From positions 1,419,879 to 1,483,878 of the forward strand of contig MU057801.1 of the NCBI GenBank assembly GCA_013265495.1: DNA of 64,000 bases. The letters run 5' to 3'. The translations under genes were made by a program, and so were the position numbers. The notes below the pieces were generated by a model. The model ran no database searches and was not told where the DNA came from. It was given only the letters and a program-made list of their open reading frames with translations. This DNA comes from Vicugna vicugna (lineage: Eukaryota). Of the stretch, positions 26,740 to 48,430 are shown piece by piece; position 1 is the first letter of the stretch, and each line of letters opens with the position of its first letter.

Positions 26740-27680
26740 TAAATGTAGAAAATGAAGCTATGGGAGCGCCAGCTGGAAGCACGGGAGGGAGGGAAGGCTT
26801 TCCAACGGTGACAAAAGGCCACAAATTAAAAAAAAAATCAGAGAAATCTGACTGCTAAGAGTCAACATTTTCTACATGAAAAAAAAGTCACCAAAAGACA
26901 AGTGAGAAATGAGGAAAAAAACATATTACAGATGAAGTGCGAACCTCCCTAATATATGAAAATTTCCTCAAAACTGAGAAAAGGGCTGGCAGCCCAACGG
27001 AAAAGCGGGCAAAGACATTTCACAGAAAAAGAGCCACAGAAGACCTGAAACATGGTAAGATGCTCCAGCCGGTCCACACAAAGAGAAAAGCAAGCTGTAA
27101 CTGCAACAGCGCCCCGCCTCTCCCCGCACAGCCTGGCCGAGGAAGTTACCGTCGGGCGTGCGAAATGGGATAACTTCTGTGGAGGGCCATTTGGCAACAT
27201 TTATCCAAGTTACAGATGTATTTATCCTTGAGCACAGAAATTCCACTCCTGGAATTTATCCCACTGAAGCATATCTGCGCGCCCCGAACAGCAAGAGGTT
27301 GGACATGAGTAAGAGGCTGAGTCCGTGCTGGTGCTCAGGCAGCGGGCCGCTGCTCGGCTATTAAAAGAGGGGCTCGAATCCCTTCCTGGGGTGCTGTGGA
27401 AAGCTCTCCAGGATGAGTGAGAAACGCAAAGTGCAGAACAGCGCGCCTGGCACGCTGTCCTTTGTGTAAGAAGCAAGGAGAAAGGCCCTGTGCTCTTGTT
27501 TGCAGGAAAGGAAGCAAAAACAGCTGATGCAGGTGGGTTCCTGTGTGTTCCCGGGGCGGGAGGGCAGGATGTCAGTGAGAATAAGACTCCTCAAAGGGGA
27601 CTCCTTCGTATCTTTGGGGAACTTGAGTCATGTGAATGTATTACCCATTAACAAAAAATAAAATGAAATTAAAAAAAAAA
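26740..27680 (+). mobile_element. Old L1 (L1ME-like) 3' portion
   Basis: gacatttcacagaaaaaga, ggagggccatttggcaacat, aattccactcctggaatttatcc and an A-rich tail. Confidence 0.65.
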
Positions 27681-28204
27681 TGAGTGGTCCATAGTCTCAG
27701 AGGTCCTCAGGGGAGGGCAGGTCTGTTACTGGTAGGTGTCGTGGGCAGTCAGGACCCAGGGACCTCACCTTGGAGCCCAGAATGCCAGGGACGTCCTGGA
27801 CAGGGTGCCTTTGCTTCCGTCTCGGCCCCGGGCCCTGGAGGTGAGGCTCAAAGCTGCACTTTGTTTTCCAGAGGCTGCTCCCAGCACTGAGATGACCAGG
27901 GTGGGGAGGGGAGCCCTGGGAAGGCACACCTCGACTCGGAGGGGTTTGTAGAAATGAGGTTCTGTGGTTCTCCTGCGAGAATAGATCGGAGGCCAGCAGG
28001 CTGTGGCTTGCAGAAATTCTGCCCTCGTGAACAAGTCAGCTCGTTTTACAATCAGCAGAGCAAAACGCCTGCCCAGGCAGCTTCCCCTCTGACATTCCCA
28101 GCTCCCGGCTCACCTGGCTTCCTCCTGGTTTCTGCCTGCTTCACTAATTTGAGACCCATGATCACAAGTCTATGCTGTATTAAAATTGTTCTATGTTCTT
28201 CCAG

Positions 28205-28385
28205 TCATTAATAATGACTATCACACGACAGTCATCTATGGAGCCCTTGCTCTGCTGCAGGGACTGTCCTGAGGGACTGACTCCTGGACCTCATTTAAGC
28301 CTCCTGACTTCCTTAAGAAATGGGTTCTCTTGTAACCCCATTTTCCAGATGGAAAAACTGAGGTTCGATGACTTGCCCCCATGAT
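28205..28385 (-). mobile_element. MIR
   Basis: cctcatttaagcctc...ccccattttccagatggaaaaactgagg. Confidence 0.7.
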
Positions 28386-31300
28386 GACGATGATGGAGCA
28401 GGAGTGTCTTCTGTCCACACAGTCTGTGTTCTGCTCCGGGACTTGGACCTGAGACCCTCAGCCTCCCCGCTCTGGCACCCCCACTTTGTAGCTGTGTGTT
28501 AACTTCCAGGCTCGACACTCCATGGCCTCAACCCTCTCTCCTGCCTTCTATGCCCCTATTTTCTGTCTGGGGCCCAGCTCCCCTCCCAGACTGTTCACTT
28601 CACCCTTGCTTTCGTGTGACCTCCCTTTGCTCACCTTCTCTTTCCTGGAATGCCCTTCCTGCCGCTCCTGCGGGCCTCCACCCATCAAAATCCACTCTTC
28701 AAGGTCCATCTCAGATGCTGACTCCTTCCTGAAACACCCTGTGGCCCCCGGCCACTGGGGACCTCTTTTGCCACGAACTGTGACTTTCCCCGAGTTGGCT
28801 CTGCCCATAGCGGGGCCCCAAGGTTTCCACCACGGCCCCCCCCCGGAGGCCCCAGGCAAACATCCTGCCTGGCCACGGGCTCCAGGGACTCAGGGTGGCA
28901 AATTTTTTTTTTTTTTGCCGTCTTCTGTTTTGTCCTTAAAAAGGGCAAAAAACTTGTCTCCTTTGCCATGAACAGCCCACGCTTGTCTGGCTATCAAAGT
29001 AACGTTATTTTCCAAAATCATGAGGTGAGACTGACATTTCAGGAGGACGTGCTTTTGCGAGGCTGGGAGCACCCTCTCTCCCACTGCCAAGCGCCGGCGG
29101 GGGTACACACCCACATTTAAGAAATAGCGGCGAGAAAGTAAAGTGCATAAAGAGTGGAAACTGCCTCCTGTTCCCGGTCCCAGCATTGCCAGCCACGTGT
29201 TGATCATAGAAGGAACTTTATAGTTGCTCAAACGAAAAACATGTTAGCATAACCTCTGAAAGTCTGAAAATCATTTATTTCTCAGTAGATATAAGTTTCC
29301 CTTGTAACTGAAGCTACTTGATTAATTTGCTCAATGAAGCTATTTTTCAGAGCTGACACAAGCCCACCCGACACGGCTCACGTCCCCAAGATCTAATTTG
29401 TGGAGCCCTTTGGAGGTTCTGTTGTGTTTCCATTCCAGATATTTACATATGTTGGAAACAGAGCCAGACCACATTTTAAAATCTGTGCGTTTGTCCCAGA
29501 GCCCTCCCACCTCCGTATTTGTTGCCTTTCCTTTGCTTCTCAGATTCTCAGGGCCCTGATGCTAATCTGAGATGGTCCTGCTGCAGCTCCCTCCCTGCTC
29601 GGGAGCCCTGAAGCCCATCACTTCTCTCTGGGGAGGACGCCCGCCTGCTCGGAGCAGCTCCCTCGGTTGGGCAGGAGGATGGCGGACAGCTGGGAGCCGG
29701 CCACCCTGACTTCCCTCCCCGTGTGATTTGGTGGCAGTGATTTTTATCTCCACGCCTCCACCCTCCATCTGTGGGGCAAGGAAACTGCTCTAACAAACCC
29801 ACATGGTTGGCGAAGGAGGTGATGCATGTCCTGGGCTGGGCTCCCCGGGGAGGGGGCTGAGTCAGGGTTTGTGGCGGGAGGTCTACTGGGGGTGTTCTTG
29901 GGGTCAACACCTGGTGAGGTGAGGGGCCAGGACTGAGCAGGGGGAGAAGGGACTGTGCTAGGACCATCATCCCTGACCCCACCCTGAACTCCAGCCCTGG
30001 GATGGTCCTTCACGGTTGTCCTCCACTGAGGCCTCTGTGTCTGCACATGTGCAGTCATTGGATGTAAGCTGGCCCAGGAAGGAGGTCTCCTTGGGTGTGA
30101 CAGCTGTCGTCAGCTGAGGGCAGTGGGAAGGGGGCTCAGCTGGGAGCTGTCAGCACCAACACTCCCAGCAGAGGGGGCTTGGGGCTCGGACCTGGGGTGG
30201 GAGGAGGTCTGGGCAGCCCAGACAGCGCCCAGCACAGTGTGTGAGGTTCCTGACCCCGCAGTGGCCAGGGCCAGCAGAGCACCACAGCACTCTGCCCACC
30301 AGTAATGTACAGGTGACAGCCTGGCTATCCCAAGTGTGTGGCCTTTCACGAATCACAGACGCCACGCCACCAAAATCTTGGTGAAGATGCACTTCAGGGA
30401 CCCACGAGACAGGCTGGGACCTGGGGCGTTTTGCTGTAGTGTTTTCACCTGGACAAACATCTCCTCAAGCAACAGAACACAAAGAAACTGCACAGGACTA
30501 AGGATGACCGCGCACCTGCACGGCCAGGGCAAGCTAGGAGCAACAAGACACCAAAAGACCAAAAGCCCAACTGCCACTTCGGCGTGCTGCGAGCAGGGGT
30601 GGGCACTGGGCAAGACCCCTGCGCACGGCACCACTGGGAGTGGGGGGCTGTGCACCTAAGCCACCCCTCCCACCTGAGTCTGGGCCTGTCCCCACCCTCC
30701 CTGGTTTAGGGACCAGCTCGCAGCCCCCCACCCCGGGGAGCAAACAGGGGCGCCTATCACTTGTCCTTGCTCCGTCTGCTGCAGCACGAGCCCCAGGGAA
30801 GCCTCGCCCGGATCCCTCGCCCGGCCTCTTACCAGTTTCTATTGATTAAAGAATCTAAGAACCCAGGTGGCAACACTGGGGAAAAGTTAAAAATGCGGGC
30901 CAACCCAAGAGAGATGCAAATTTGGGGGGAACGGGTAATTCACGGTAGGGAGGTCAACCTCCACTCATGCTCAGCCAGGAGCACCCCACTGTGGCAGGGG
31001 CCACGGCAGACAGCCCCCCGAAACCAGGCCCAAGATTTGTTCACGAGGGACGGCCGACCCCCCGAGGCAGCCCTGGTGCTTCCTCAAGCAGAAAGGACAT
31101 GTTCAAAAGGCAAACAAGGAAAGGAAATCCTTCCCTCAGGACAAAAAGCAAGAGAGCAAACAGAGGCAAGCCCTTGTCTCTGACAAAGGACGGGTTCGGT
31201 GCCCCAGCGGGTGCAGGCAGAACGGGCCGGGCGGCCTGTCGGGGGCCCGGCGTCTCCGGAGGACTGGGCCCTGAGAACCGTCGTCCCCCCAGGATACCAG

Positions 31301-33761
31301 GAAACTCTGGACCAACGGAATTTCCTTCTTCCTCGACTTCCTCACAGCTGCCACTCGCCACCTCTTCACTGTGGACCCTGTCTCCCCACGGGCCTCGCCT
31401 CGGTGTCCTGAACCCCAAAAGAACCACAGAAGAATGTGGCAAACAGACAGAAACTTGGGAAAATCCTTTAAAGCTGCTTCCTTCTCAAGACACCATTCAG
31501 TACAGCTTGATTTACCCATGTTTGTGTCATCAAGTCACCCACTGCGCACCTGACAGATGTCCTATCAAAGGGACAAAAATTAAAATGTGGTCTTCTCTCA
31601 AAAATACAGAAGACTCGTGTGGGGAGAACAGGGGCCCGGAGTCAGCAGCCGCTGCGGCTCGGAGTGGTCCCCGGCTGGGCCGCGAGTCCTGCCATGGCCC
31701 GGCCCCGGAGGCCCCGAGGCTGGAGGCCAGGTTTCAGGAAGGGGTAGAGCCTGGATTCCAACCTGAGAGCTCAGAGCAAATAAAAAGCCTCAGCTCCTGA
31801 ATCATCGGCTCTCTGTAGCCGGGTCCTTTTCTGAGCGTGAGGTGCATGTGCATTTTGGACCTGTAGACGCGGAGCCTTAAAGAGGACGCGGCGACCTCCG
31901 TGGGCTGACTCCCCGACAGCGGGCACACACGTGTCCTCGTCATGGGCAGCAACTCTGCTCCCGTCCATCTGATCATAAATTCCTCCAGCCTCCCGGCAGC
32001 TTAAATACTAGAGACACAAAGAAAAGCTGTCAGGGCACAATGGGAACAGGAGGCGATCTGACGACATCCCCTTCCCTGGGTCACCAGGGGCAGCGTGAGG
32101 ACCGCCTGACATGAGCGACTGACCGGAGGACGCAGAGCCAGCGGTGGAGGGAAAGCCCCTTCAAACCCCTCGGTGCGCCCAGCGGGGAGCTCCACTGTGT
32201 GCCGCCCCCCGGCCAGCCCCACTGCCCCCCTCCAGGTACCCACGCCCCAGTTTAAAGAGAAACGGAGACGAAAGTGCCAGATTTGTTCTGCCCACATCAG
32301 TTGGCTGACGTCACAAACACGAACACATGTCCTGCACATGCGAAGCCCAGCCCCTGTGCAAAACGGCCTGGCTTGTATTTTGTGAGACGTCAAGACAGAA
32401 GGGAGATTAGACCGAGCAGCGTCTTGGCGCGAGCAGAGATGCTGTTGTGGAAAGCGGAGGGGTGGACCGCATCTCCCCGCTGCCGGCTTCCGGGCAGCCA
32501 AACCCTCGCCAGTTGGCCCGTCAGGAGGCAGCAGCCCCAGGGCTGAGCATCTCCCAGTCGGATGGCTGTTAATTCAGGGATCCACGCTGCCAGCGTCTAG
32601 ATGCTTAGAAACCTTGTCAAAATTCATTTTCTCAGCACATCCGCTTGGAAGGCCTGTGGTCCTGCCGCCGTGTTCCGCATCTGTTCCTGCCTTGGGTCCA
32701 GCTCGCTAAACCTTAAGCTCGTTGCTGAGACGTGCTGGGTCGTTTTAAGGGCATTTTAGTTTTGTTCCTATTGTTACTATTATTAATTTTCACATGCCTT
32801 TACGTTGTTTTGACATTATCTTAGAACATAGTATAAAGTATAAATAGATAGTATAAATCTTATTTAAATAGGTGAACACAAAGAATTTTTTTACAAGACA
32901 CTTGAAAAAATTGATGCGGTTCCTAAAATAGACATTTTAAGATTGCCTCAGGAGATGCCCCTGTAAGATTTAAAAAGAGAACAAGACTTTAAAGCCCCAC
33001 AAGAATTAGTGTATTTTTCCTTTCGGTCTTACAGTGACTTAGAAACCAAGGTTTGTGGCTGAGCAGGATCCTGACATCCTGCACCTTAGGAGTCAAGCAC
33101 ATAAAGATCCTTAGCAGCAGACTTCACCTCAGGTTTTCTTGGAACCTGTTTAAAAACGAAATGCAGTTCATACTTTAGAACATGCACGTGTTTATAAGAC
33201 AATACAAATCAAATAAAGCCGTCTAAATCTTCAGGTTCATTACCAAGGCGGGGCTGATTAAAAGTGAAAAAGGAGGAGTTTCCTCTTAATACTTTCTGAG
33301 ACTTTAAAAAGGATAAGTGAAGCATTTTTCTTTTTTTCCCTCTCCGCCCCCTCTCCCTCTCTCCCTCCACCCTCATGTTGACACTTCTGTCATGATCGCG
33401 ACAAGCCAGCGATCTGGGGGGAGAGCTGCTCTGAGACCTAACACGCAACACTGCCGCAGCCACTGTGGGGAAGTCCCCTCCGACGTGCGTGGCAGTTAAA
33501 TAATGTTAACAACAGAAATAGTCATAAAAAATGTCAAGTTACACTTAGTCCTTAAAAAGATTCAGTTTTCTTAGATGCTACCAGAAGCCTGAGGGTCATG
33601 CCCGCCCTGTGACCTAGGCCACGTGAAATTACACATGCTCTCGTGGGTCATGTTAAGGTGCCTGCAGAGGTGAGTGAGGCCAGTCAGTCACTGGTTAGTG
33701 CTGCACCGGGGCAAAGAGTCACAAAGCAGGGAGCCTCGAATTCCATCGTCCCCTCCCTAAA

Positions 33762-33932
33762 GCAGAGATTCTCAACCTTGAATGCAGCTTAGAATCACCT
33801 GAGTACCCTTAAAGACCCAGGGTCTGGGCTGCATTCCGAAAAATTCAGTCAGAGTCTCTGTGAGGGGACTCGGGCGTCAGGACCGTCTGAGGCTCTCTCG
33901 GTGACTCCCGGGTGCAGCCATCAGGAGAACCA
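33762..33932. mobile_element. MER5-like hAT DNA transposon
   Basis: cagagattctcaaccttg..ttagaatcacctg...gtgcagcca..gagaacc ends. Confidence 0.65.
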
Positions 33933-36249
33933 GGCCGAGCAGGACTGGCTGGGGTGGTCTCTCTTCGAGGCATGAAAGCTGAGTACTGATTCCAACGGCT
34001 GTGCGGGGACGTGCGCTCAGCCCGCACCGGTGACGCGGGGCTGCTCCTGAGTGCGATCGCAGACCCTGTCTAATGTTTTCCATACCGGGCAATGAGATCA
34101 CAAACTCCAAAACACTAAATCAAAACCGGAGGCATTACGGGTCTTCAGTAAAACTCCATAGCCCATACACAGGGGGAGGGGGGAGAAAATTAAAACCATC
34201 GCTGAGCTGCAGACACACTACACAGATACGTGTGGCAGGCACTGTGATATGGCAGCCATTCCAGAGAAAAAGAGATCCAGCCACAAGGAGCCTGGTGGTA
34301 AAAAGTCACTCACAAGTAGAACTCTGGTTTGTGCCCGGAAGAAAGCTCATCATAAAAGACACTTTCAGTTTCTGACAAGAAAGTGATTTCTGTGGCATTG
34401 CAGGGAGAAATAACCCAGAGATGGATGCACGAAGCGTTGAACAAACGTGAAGGAGGTGCCGCTTTGACGAGAACATGCACTTCCAGAGGCCTTCAAGGCT
34501 TCTGAGCTTACACTAAACAAACCAACCTAGCAGCCTGGAGCAAAGCTTTTATTCCCAAACAGCAACGTTTCCAAATAGCATGCTGGATACAAAATGTATC
34601 TTATGTTACTATCTGATTATGAATGATCATTCTAAGCTCGCAGAAACGGATAACTGAAAATGGGGGGTGGGCTGGGGAGGGGCGGGGGCAGGACTCCTGC
34701 TTCACTATCTCTTTACCCGAGAGAAACTTGGAAACCATCTGCCAGCAGGTTTCTGAGTTCTTTAGTGCAAACCTCCTAACTGCCCCATATCCAGCGCTGG
34801 AATTTTTTCTTTTTCTGTTGAAGATTGGAGAGCAATGATTTTTAAAAAGAAATCAGACAAGTCCAGGTAAAGCCGAACTGAATGGGCATTTCTTTAGTTC
34901 AAGAAAAAGGGCTCACACGTGGCCTTCAACTTCCACGTCCTCCCCCCATCCTCCAGGTTCAATGTCCATGGAGGATCAGAAATTTCCAAAGCATTCAAGG
35001 GCAGCACACATCAAGCTGGTTCCAATTAGGCTGGCCGGTGTGGATGTCTCACACGTGTCAATATTTGCAGCAGAGCAATTCTGAGCTGCAAGGGCGGCCT
35101 CTAAGCAGCGGGAGATCCTCGCCCACCGCCGCTCGCCTGTGCCAGTCACCTTGCAGGCAGGCTCACCATCACGCTCTTGGTCCTCCTTGAAAACGCCCCT
35201 TCTGTCCTCTGTACTCCGGAGCAGCTCTTAGATCTCTCGTTTTCCAAGTGCCCAGACCCTGAACAGGAGATTTGCCCCATAGACGTTTGAAGGTTCCCAA
35301 ATATTTCCATTTTCATATTGCTGTTTAGACTCAGCACTGTCCCATAAACATTTTTGAGAGCTCACCGCAGAGGTGGAATTTTGATCAGTGCCTGGAGCCC
35401 TTTGCAGGCTTTTGCAGCTGGAATGAAATGAAACCGATCTAATTAGGCAGCGTAGGTCATGTTATGTAAGGGGGAGCTGAGGCCCACCTGGCATGCCCAT
35501 TGCCTGGATTTTGCATCCATGAGAACAAACAGGCGAGAACTGGAGGCACACTGCTCCTTCGGAAGGCTCCAAGAAAACATTTCCACAAATGGCACCAGCT
35601 CCCTGTGGTAATTTTTTATCACCCAAATGCAACATTTAAAATGAAATGTGATGAATGTAGCGGTCACAGCCCTGCATCGCAGGGTAGGAAGTATTTCAGG
35701 TTTTCGTGTGTGACCCTCAGTTTCCCTCTATTTATCTCTAGTGGGAGTTTCAGGACAAGTCTCTGTTTTCTGACTTTTTTCCTAACTTCTGCACGGAATT
35801 AGGAAACTGTTTCATCCTTCATGCAGACAGTATTCATCTATTCTTGTTTGTTCATTTCATTTTAGGAAAATAAAAATTGTCTTTGCTCCTCTCAGACATC
35901 TCCTTCCCTGTCAGTCCCTGTTCCAGGGAAAACGCCGCTGCTTCCCGCCACCGGCAACTCGACCCCTTTCGGTAATAAACATTAATAAACGTTTCCAGGC
36001 TGATAACTAAAGTGCAAGGCTGGGCAACGAACTTCAAGGCCAGCACAGTCACCAGCAGGCCAAGTGGGAATTAGCCATGAGCATGGGTCTGTGAGAAGCG
36101 GTGGGCCGAATTTCGTGTCCTTGGGGCCCTATTTGAAAGCTAGTTGACACCATCTTCAACACCTTCCTTTTGGGTTCTGCGGAGTCTGTGTGTCCCAGTC
36201 TGGGGCGGCAGGTGCAGGGCGTAACGCCCCCACCCTCTTCCCTGTGAGT

Positions 36250-37900
36250 CCACTGGGCCGCCCGCAAAGGGGCCGGTTCAGCCCGGGTCATCCTCTCCCC
36301 ACCGCGGCGGCCCCTCCAGGCGGGGTTGTCGCCTAACTTCACAGCCCCGTGTCCGGCGAGCTAGTTCGTTGTCCCCGCGTTCCCTGGGGTCTGCAACCCC
36401 CTGACCTGGGTCAGCTTTTCCTCCCTTGTGTCCCAGTGCTGCCGGCCACTTCCTGCTCGTTACTATTTTTAAGTGCGGTGCCCGGGTTTCCCTTTACAAA
36501 ACTGCCAGGGTCAGGGTGGAGGCGCACAATATAACCTGGTGCATGACGTGCATTTGTAGCCTGCGCTTTTTTTTTCAAAAAAAGCAACTTTGAACAGAAA
36601 GCTAAGAGGCTGACTTTGTTTTCCGACCACTCAGCGCACGGCATAGCGCTCCTAGAAGCGCAGATAAAAAGCGCGGGGCCGGCGCGCAGCCAGGGCTCCC
36701 TGGAGCGCTTGCGGGCTCGCAGGCCTGGGCGGGCGGGAGGCTCCGGGGTCCGGCCCCCGCTTCCTCGGAGCCCGCGCTGGTCCTGCGGCCCCGGCGGGAT
36801 CTGAGTGGGACTTCCTTCTGCTGGTTTAGGTTTCTCCCGAAGCCTTTGAGATGCACGGCCCCGGGAACACCCCGGCCTCTTGCGACTGGTTCATTTCGTT
36901 TGCACCCAAGTAACTTCCCGAAACAGCCCCACCGAAAAACGAATACGACACAGGAGACGTGAAGTCGGGTGACTGTCGCTCCAAGGACAACCTGGTCCCC
37001 GAACCTGTCTCGCAGCCTTCCCCTTCGCGGGCCGGGCGCGGGCGGCAAGCCGCGGGAGTACTCACGCGCAGCCCTTCCGGCCGCCGCCGGCCCCCGGAGC
37101 CCGGGAGGGCCGGCGGCCTCTTCCTGCCTCCTTTCTGCCTCGCGCTTTTGGCACGGAGTTGCCTCTCCTTTCTCTGCCTGGGGAAAGCGGAGCCAGTCCC
37201 CGAGGCCGCTCAGGGACCCTCGAATCCGTCCTCTGCCCTCCGGGCGTCCGGCCCCAGCAGGACGTGCCGTCTCCCGGCCTCGGCGGGCGCCCTCAGCTCG
37301 CTGCTCCGCGTCCCCGGGAGCCGCTTCTTCACTTTGTTCCACGCTGCGCCCAAGGCGCCCAAAGCAACGGAGCCGAACTCAGCCCAGCACAGACGTGGAG
37401 CCCGCGAGCTTTCTACCTGTGCGCGCTCAGCGCCGACCACATCGCCGCCTCCTGCCATCCAGAGACCAGACGGCGCCCGGCGAGGTGGAAGAGGCTTCTC
37501 CTTTCCGTCTGCAAGCCCACCTTTGGGCCACCTCGCCCCCAGCCCAGCCTGCCGCGCGGGCGCCGTTGGAGCCGTGCCGCGGGCCGACAGGGGGCGACAA
37601 ACTGTAAGCTTTCCCGCGGCGGGCTGGGAGCCGGCGGCAGCGCTCGCCCTGCGGTCCCGCGGCGGGCAGCCGACTGCTGGGGGGGTGGGGTGGGGGTGCG
37701 GGCGCGGGATGGGAAGTGAGGTCCGGCGGGCTGTGACACCCAAGAGAGTCCCCGGGCGCGATCCTCCTGGCGTCTCCTCCAGCTCCGGAAGGTCTTCGCC
37801 AAGGGGAGTGGGAGACGCCGTCTTGGGCCGCACTTCCTTGCGCCTCCTTGCCTGAGCCCTGGGGTTTCCTGGCACGGGGAGGGGTGATGCTCCCTTAACA
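36250..37900. promoter_or_regulatory. Upstream CpG island
   Basis: CpG-dense block 2-4 kb upstream of exon 1. Confidence 0.8.
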
Positions 37901-39830
37901 GGGCGGCTGGGGGGAACCAGCTCTCACCGCAGCACCCCAGCTTTATTTGCTCTTTCCTGAACATGCCTACAGTGGGAGGAAGTAGCTTTCGCTGCTTCAC
38001 CTTACCGTGAGGGTGCACCAGGTTGTAGGTGCTGCGTTTCCCGGGAGTAGGAATAAATCTTTGTGGTCTCAGGCAATTCAGGCAACGAAGTTCTAGATCA
38101 GGAGCTAACAGTTCCCAAACTACCTGGAGATAACTGAGCGAGTGGGGGCGCATCCCACTCCCCACGGCCTTGGAGCGCCCAGGTCCATTGCATTGCTCAG
38201 TGCTCTGCCCCTCACCTTTGCAGAGCCCCTGGCCGGGTTTCCCTGCCTTAATCCAAATGACCGTTTCCCCCTTGGAAATCCGACACTGCCTAATCCAAAT
38301 AGCACCGCACTTCCGCCCATCTCACCGCTGGCCAGTGTACTGACTGTCCTATACCTCCCTGAGGCGCCTGGAGCCCGAGGCTGCACTGCTTTCTGGGCTG
38401 CGGGATGGGAGAGTCTTCACCTCTTTTGAACCTGTATTATCTTTTTCCAAGGGTAGTTCTTGGAATTATATACAGGGCCCAGGAACTCCTTCCTGAGAGC
38501 CAGGGCGGATATTCAGCCCCTCCTCACTGACACATTGGGGCAGGTGAATTAGGAGCCAGCGACACTTCCTGGTCCCGCAGCGGAGGGAAAGGAGTCTGGT
38601 AATCGCTGCTCCTGGGCTGCGCGGATCCGGTCCGTCTGCTGGCAGCAGCATCTTTTGCAGGAGCTGTGCTCAGTTTTCTGCCGGGTCCCAAGCGCTGGAC
38701 TCTTGCAGGGATAGGGGTGGGGACCCTTCCCTCCTCTGAGAAGAACCGGGGGCATGTGGGAGTCCCGGGAACTGGGGCTTTTCCTAGGCTCCATCCGAGG
38801 CCCCCCTTCCTGCCTCTATACTTTCAGTCCAATGCCCTTGGTGCTTACTGGCCCCAAGCTCAGAATTTCCAGGTCCCCTCGGCCTTCTCCGATCAGTTCA
38901 GCACAAGCCCAGGACCTTTCTCCCTCCACCTGCTCTCCCCTGGACTCACCACAAGGCTCCCTCTGGGACTGCTGCAGGCTGGGACATCCACAGCTCGGCA
39001 GTGATGCTGGATAGAAATAGAGAAAACAGTTGACAGTTAAGGCCAAAGAGTTCAGGGCTGCATGAATCCCGCTTAAATGAAGGGAGAGGACCATTCAGTC
39101 ATCAACAAAGACGCCCTGGAAGCTGTGGGTGCTGGGTGAAAGGTGAGGCCAGGCTGCCCGGTGCGAGGGATGCGGGCTTCCGTCTTGGGAGAAAGGAATC
39201 CTCCTTTAGGCCTAGAGCGGGAGCCATAGCCTGTGACCTCTGGCCGGACACCAAGACACCCTGGGGCCCCTGTTCTGGGAGCAGCAGGTCAGAATCCCTT
39301 TCCGACTTGCTTCCTGTGTGGACCTGTTCTCAGGGAGACAGAATCTAGAATGTGTCCCTCTCACAGCCCTGAAATCACATTACTACCCCAGGGAGTGGGT
39401 GTCTTAAACACGGTAAAGATCTTCTAAAGGCGAGATTGGGGTGTCAGCCAGAAATGGCACACGCAGGAGTCACTGCACCGCAAGTGCCTTGGGCCTTCCT
39501 CACCGGGAGCTCTGCAGTGCGCTGGGCTCTCACAGCGACACATGCGCTCCCGGAGCTGAGCCCCTGGCGCCGCTCTTCCGAGCCCCCCGTCCAGGGAGAG
39601 GGGCGTAGAGGTAGCCCCCACACTGACCACGTTGCCATGATCAACTGTAATCCTCTGACGTCTTAGTACTAATGACGATGGAGATTAGTAATAAAACTAA
39701 AACCAAAACTAGTACTAGTACTAATGAACGCTCATCAATTTAGAATGCCTAGCACATCATTCTCAAAGCCAGAGGGGCAAGGGGCTTCGAGGGGAGAGGA
39801 GCAAGTGGGAGCCCAGCTGGGGTGAGGACG

Positions 39831-39852
39831 TGTGTGTGTGTGTGTGTGTGTG
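39831..39852. repeat. (TG)11 microsatellite
   Basis: Read directly from the sequence. Confidence 0.95.
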
Positions 39853-39899
39853 GGTTTAGGGGGTGGGTTCCGAGGGAAGGCCGAGGGAGGAGGAAGGGA

Positions 39900-48430
<8,531 letters not shown>

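Noticed and set aside
30967..31800. 277-aa plus-strand ORF with ATG
   Set aside because: No recognisable domain or exon context; plausible by chance in GC-rich DNA.
36602..38165. Several overlapping 186-298 aa ORFs
   Set aside because: Open in many frames on both strands, as expected in a CpG island, with no recognisable domain.
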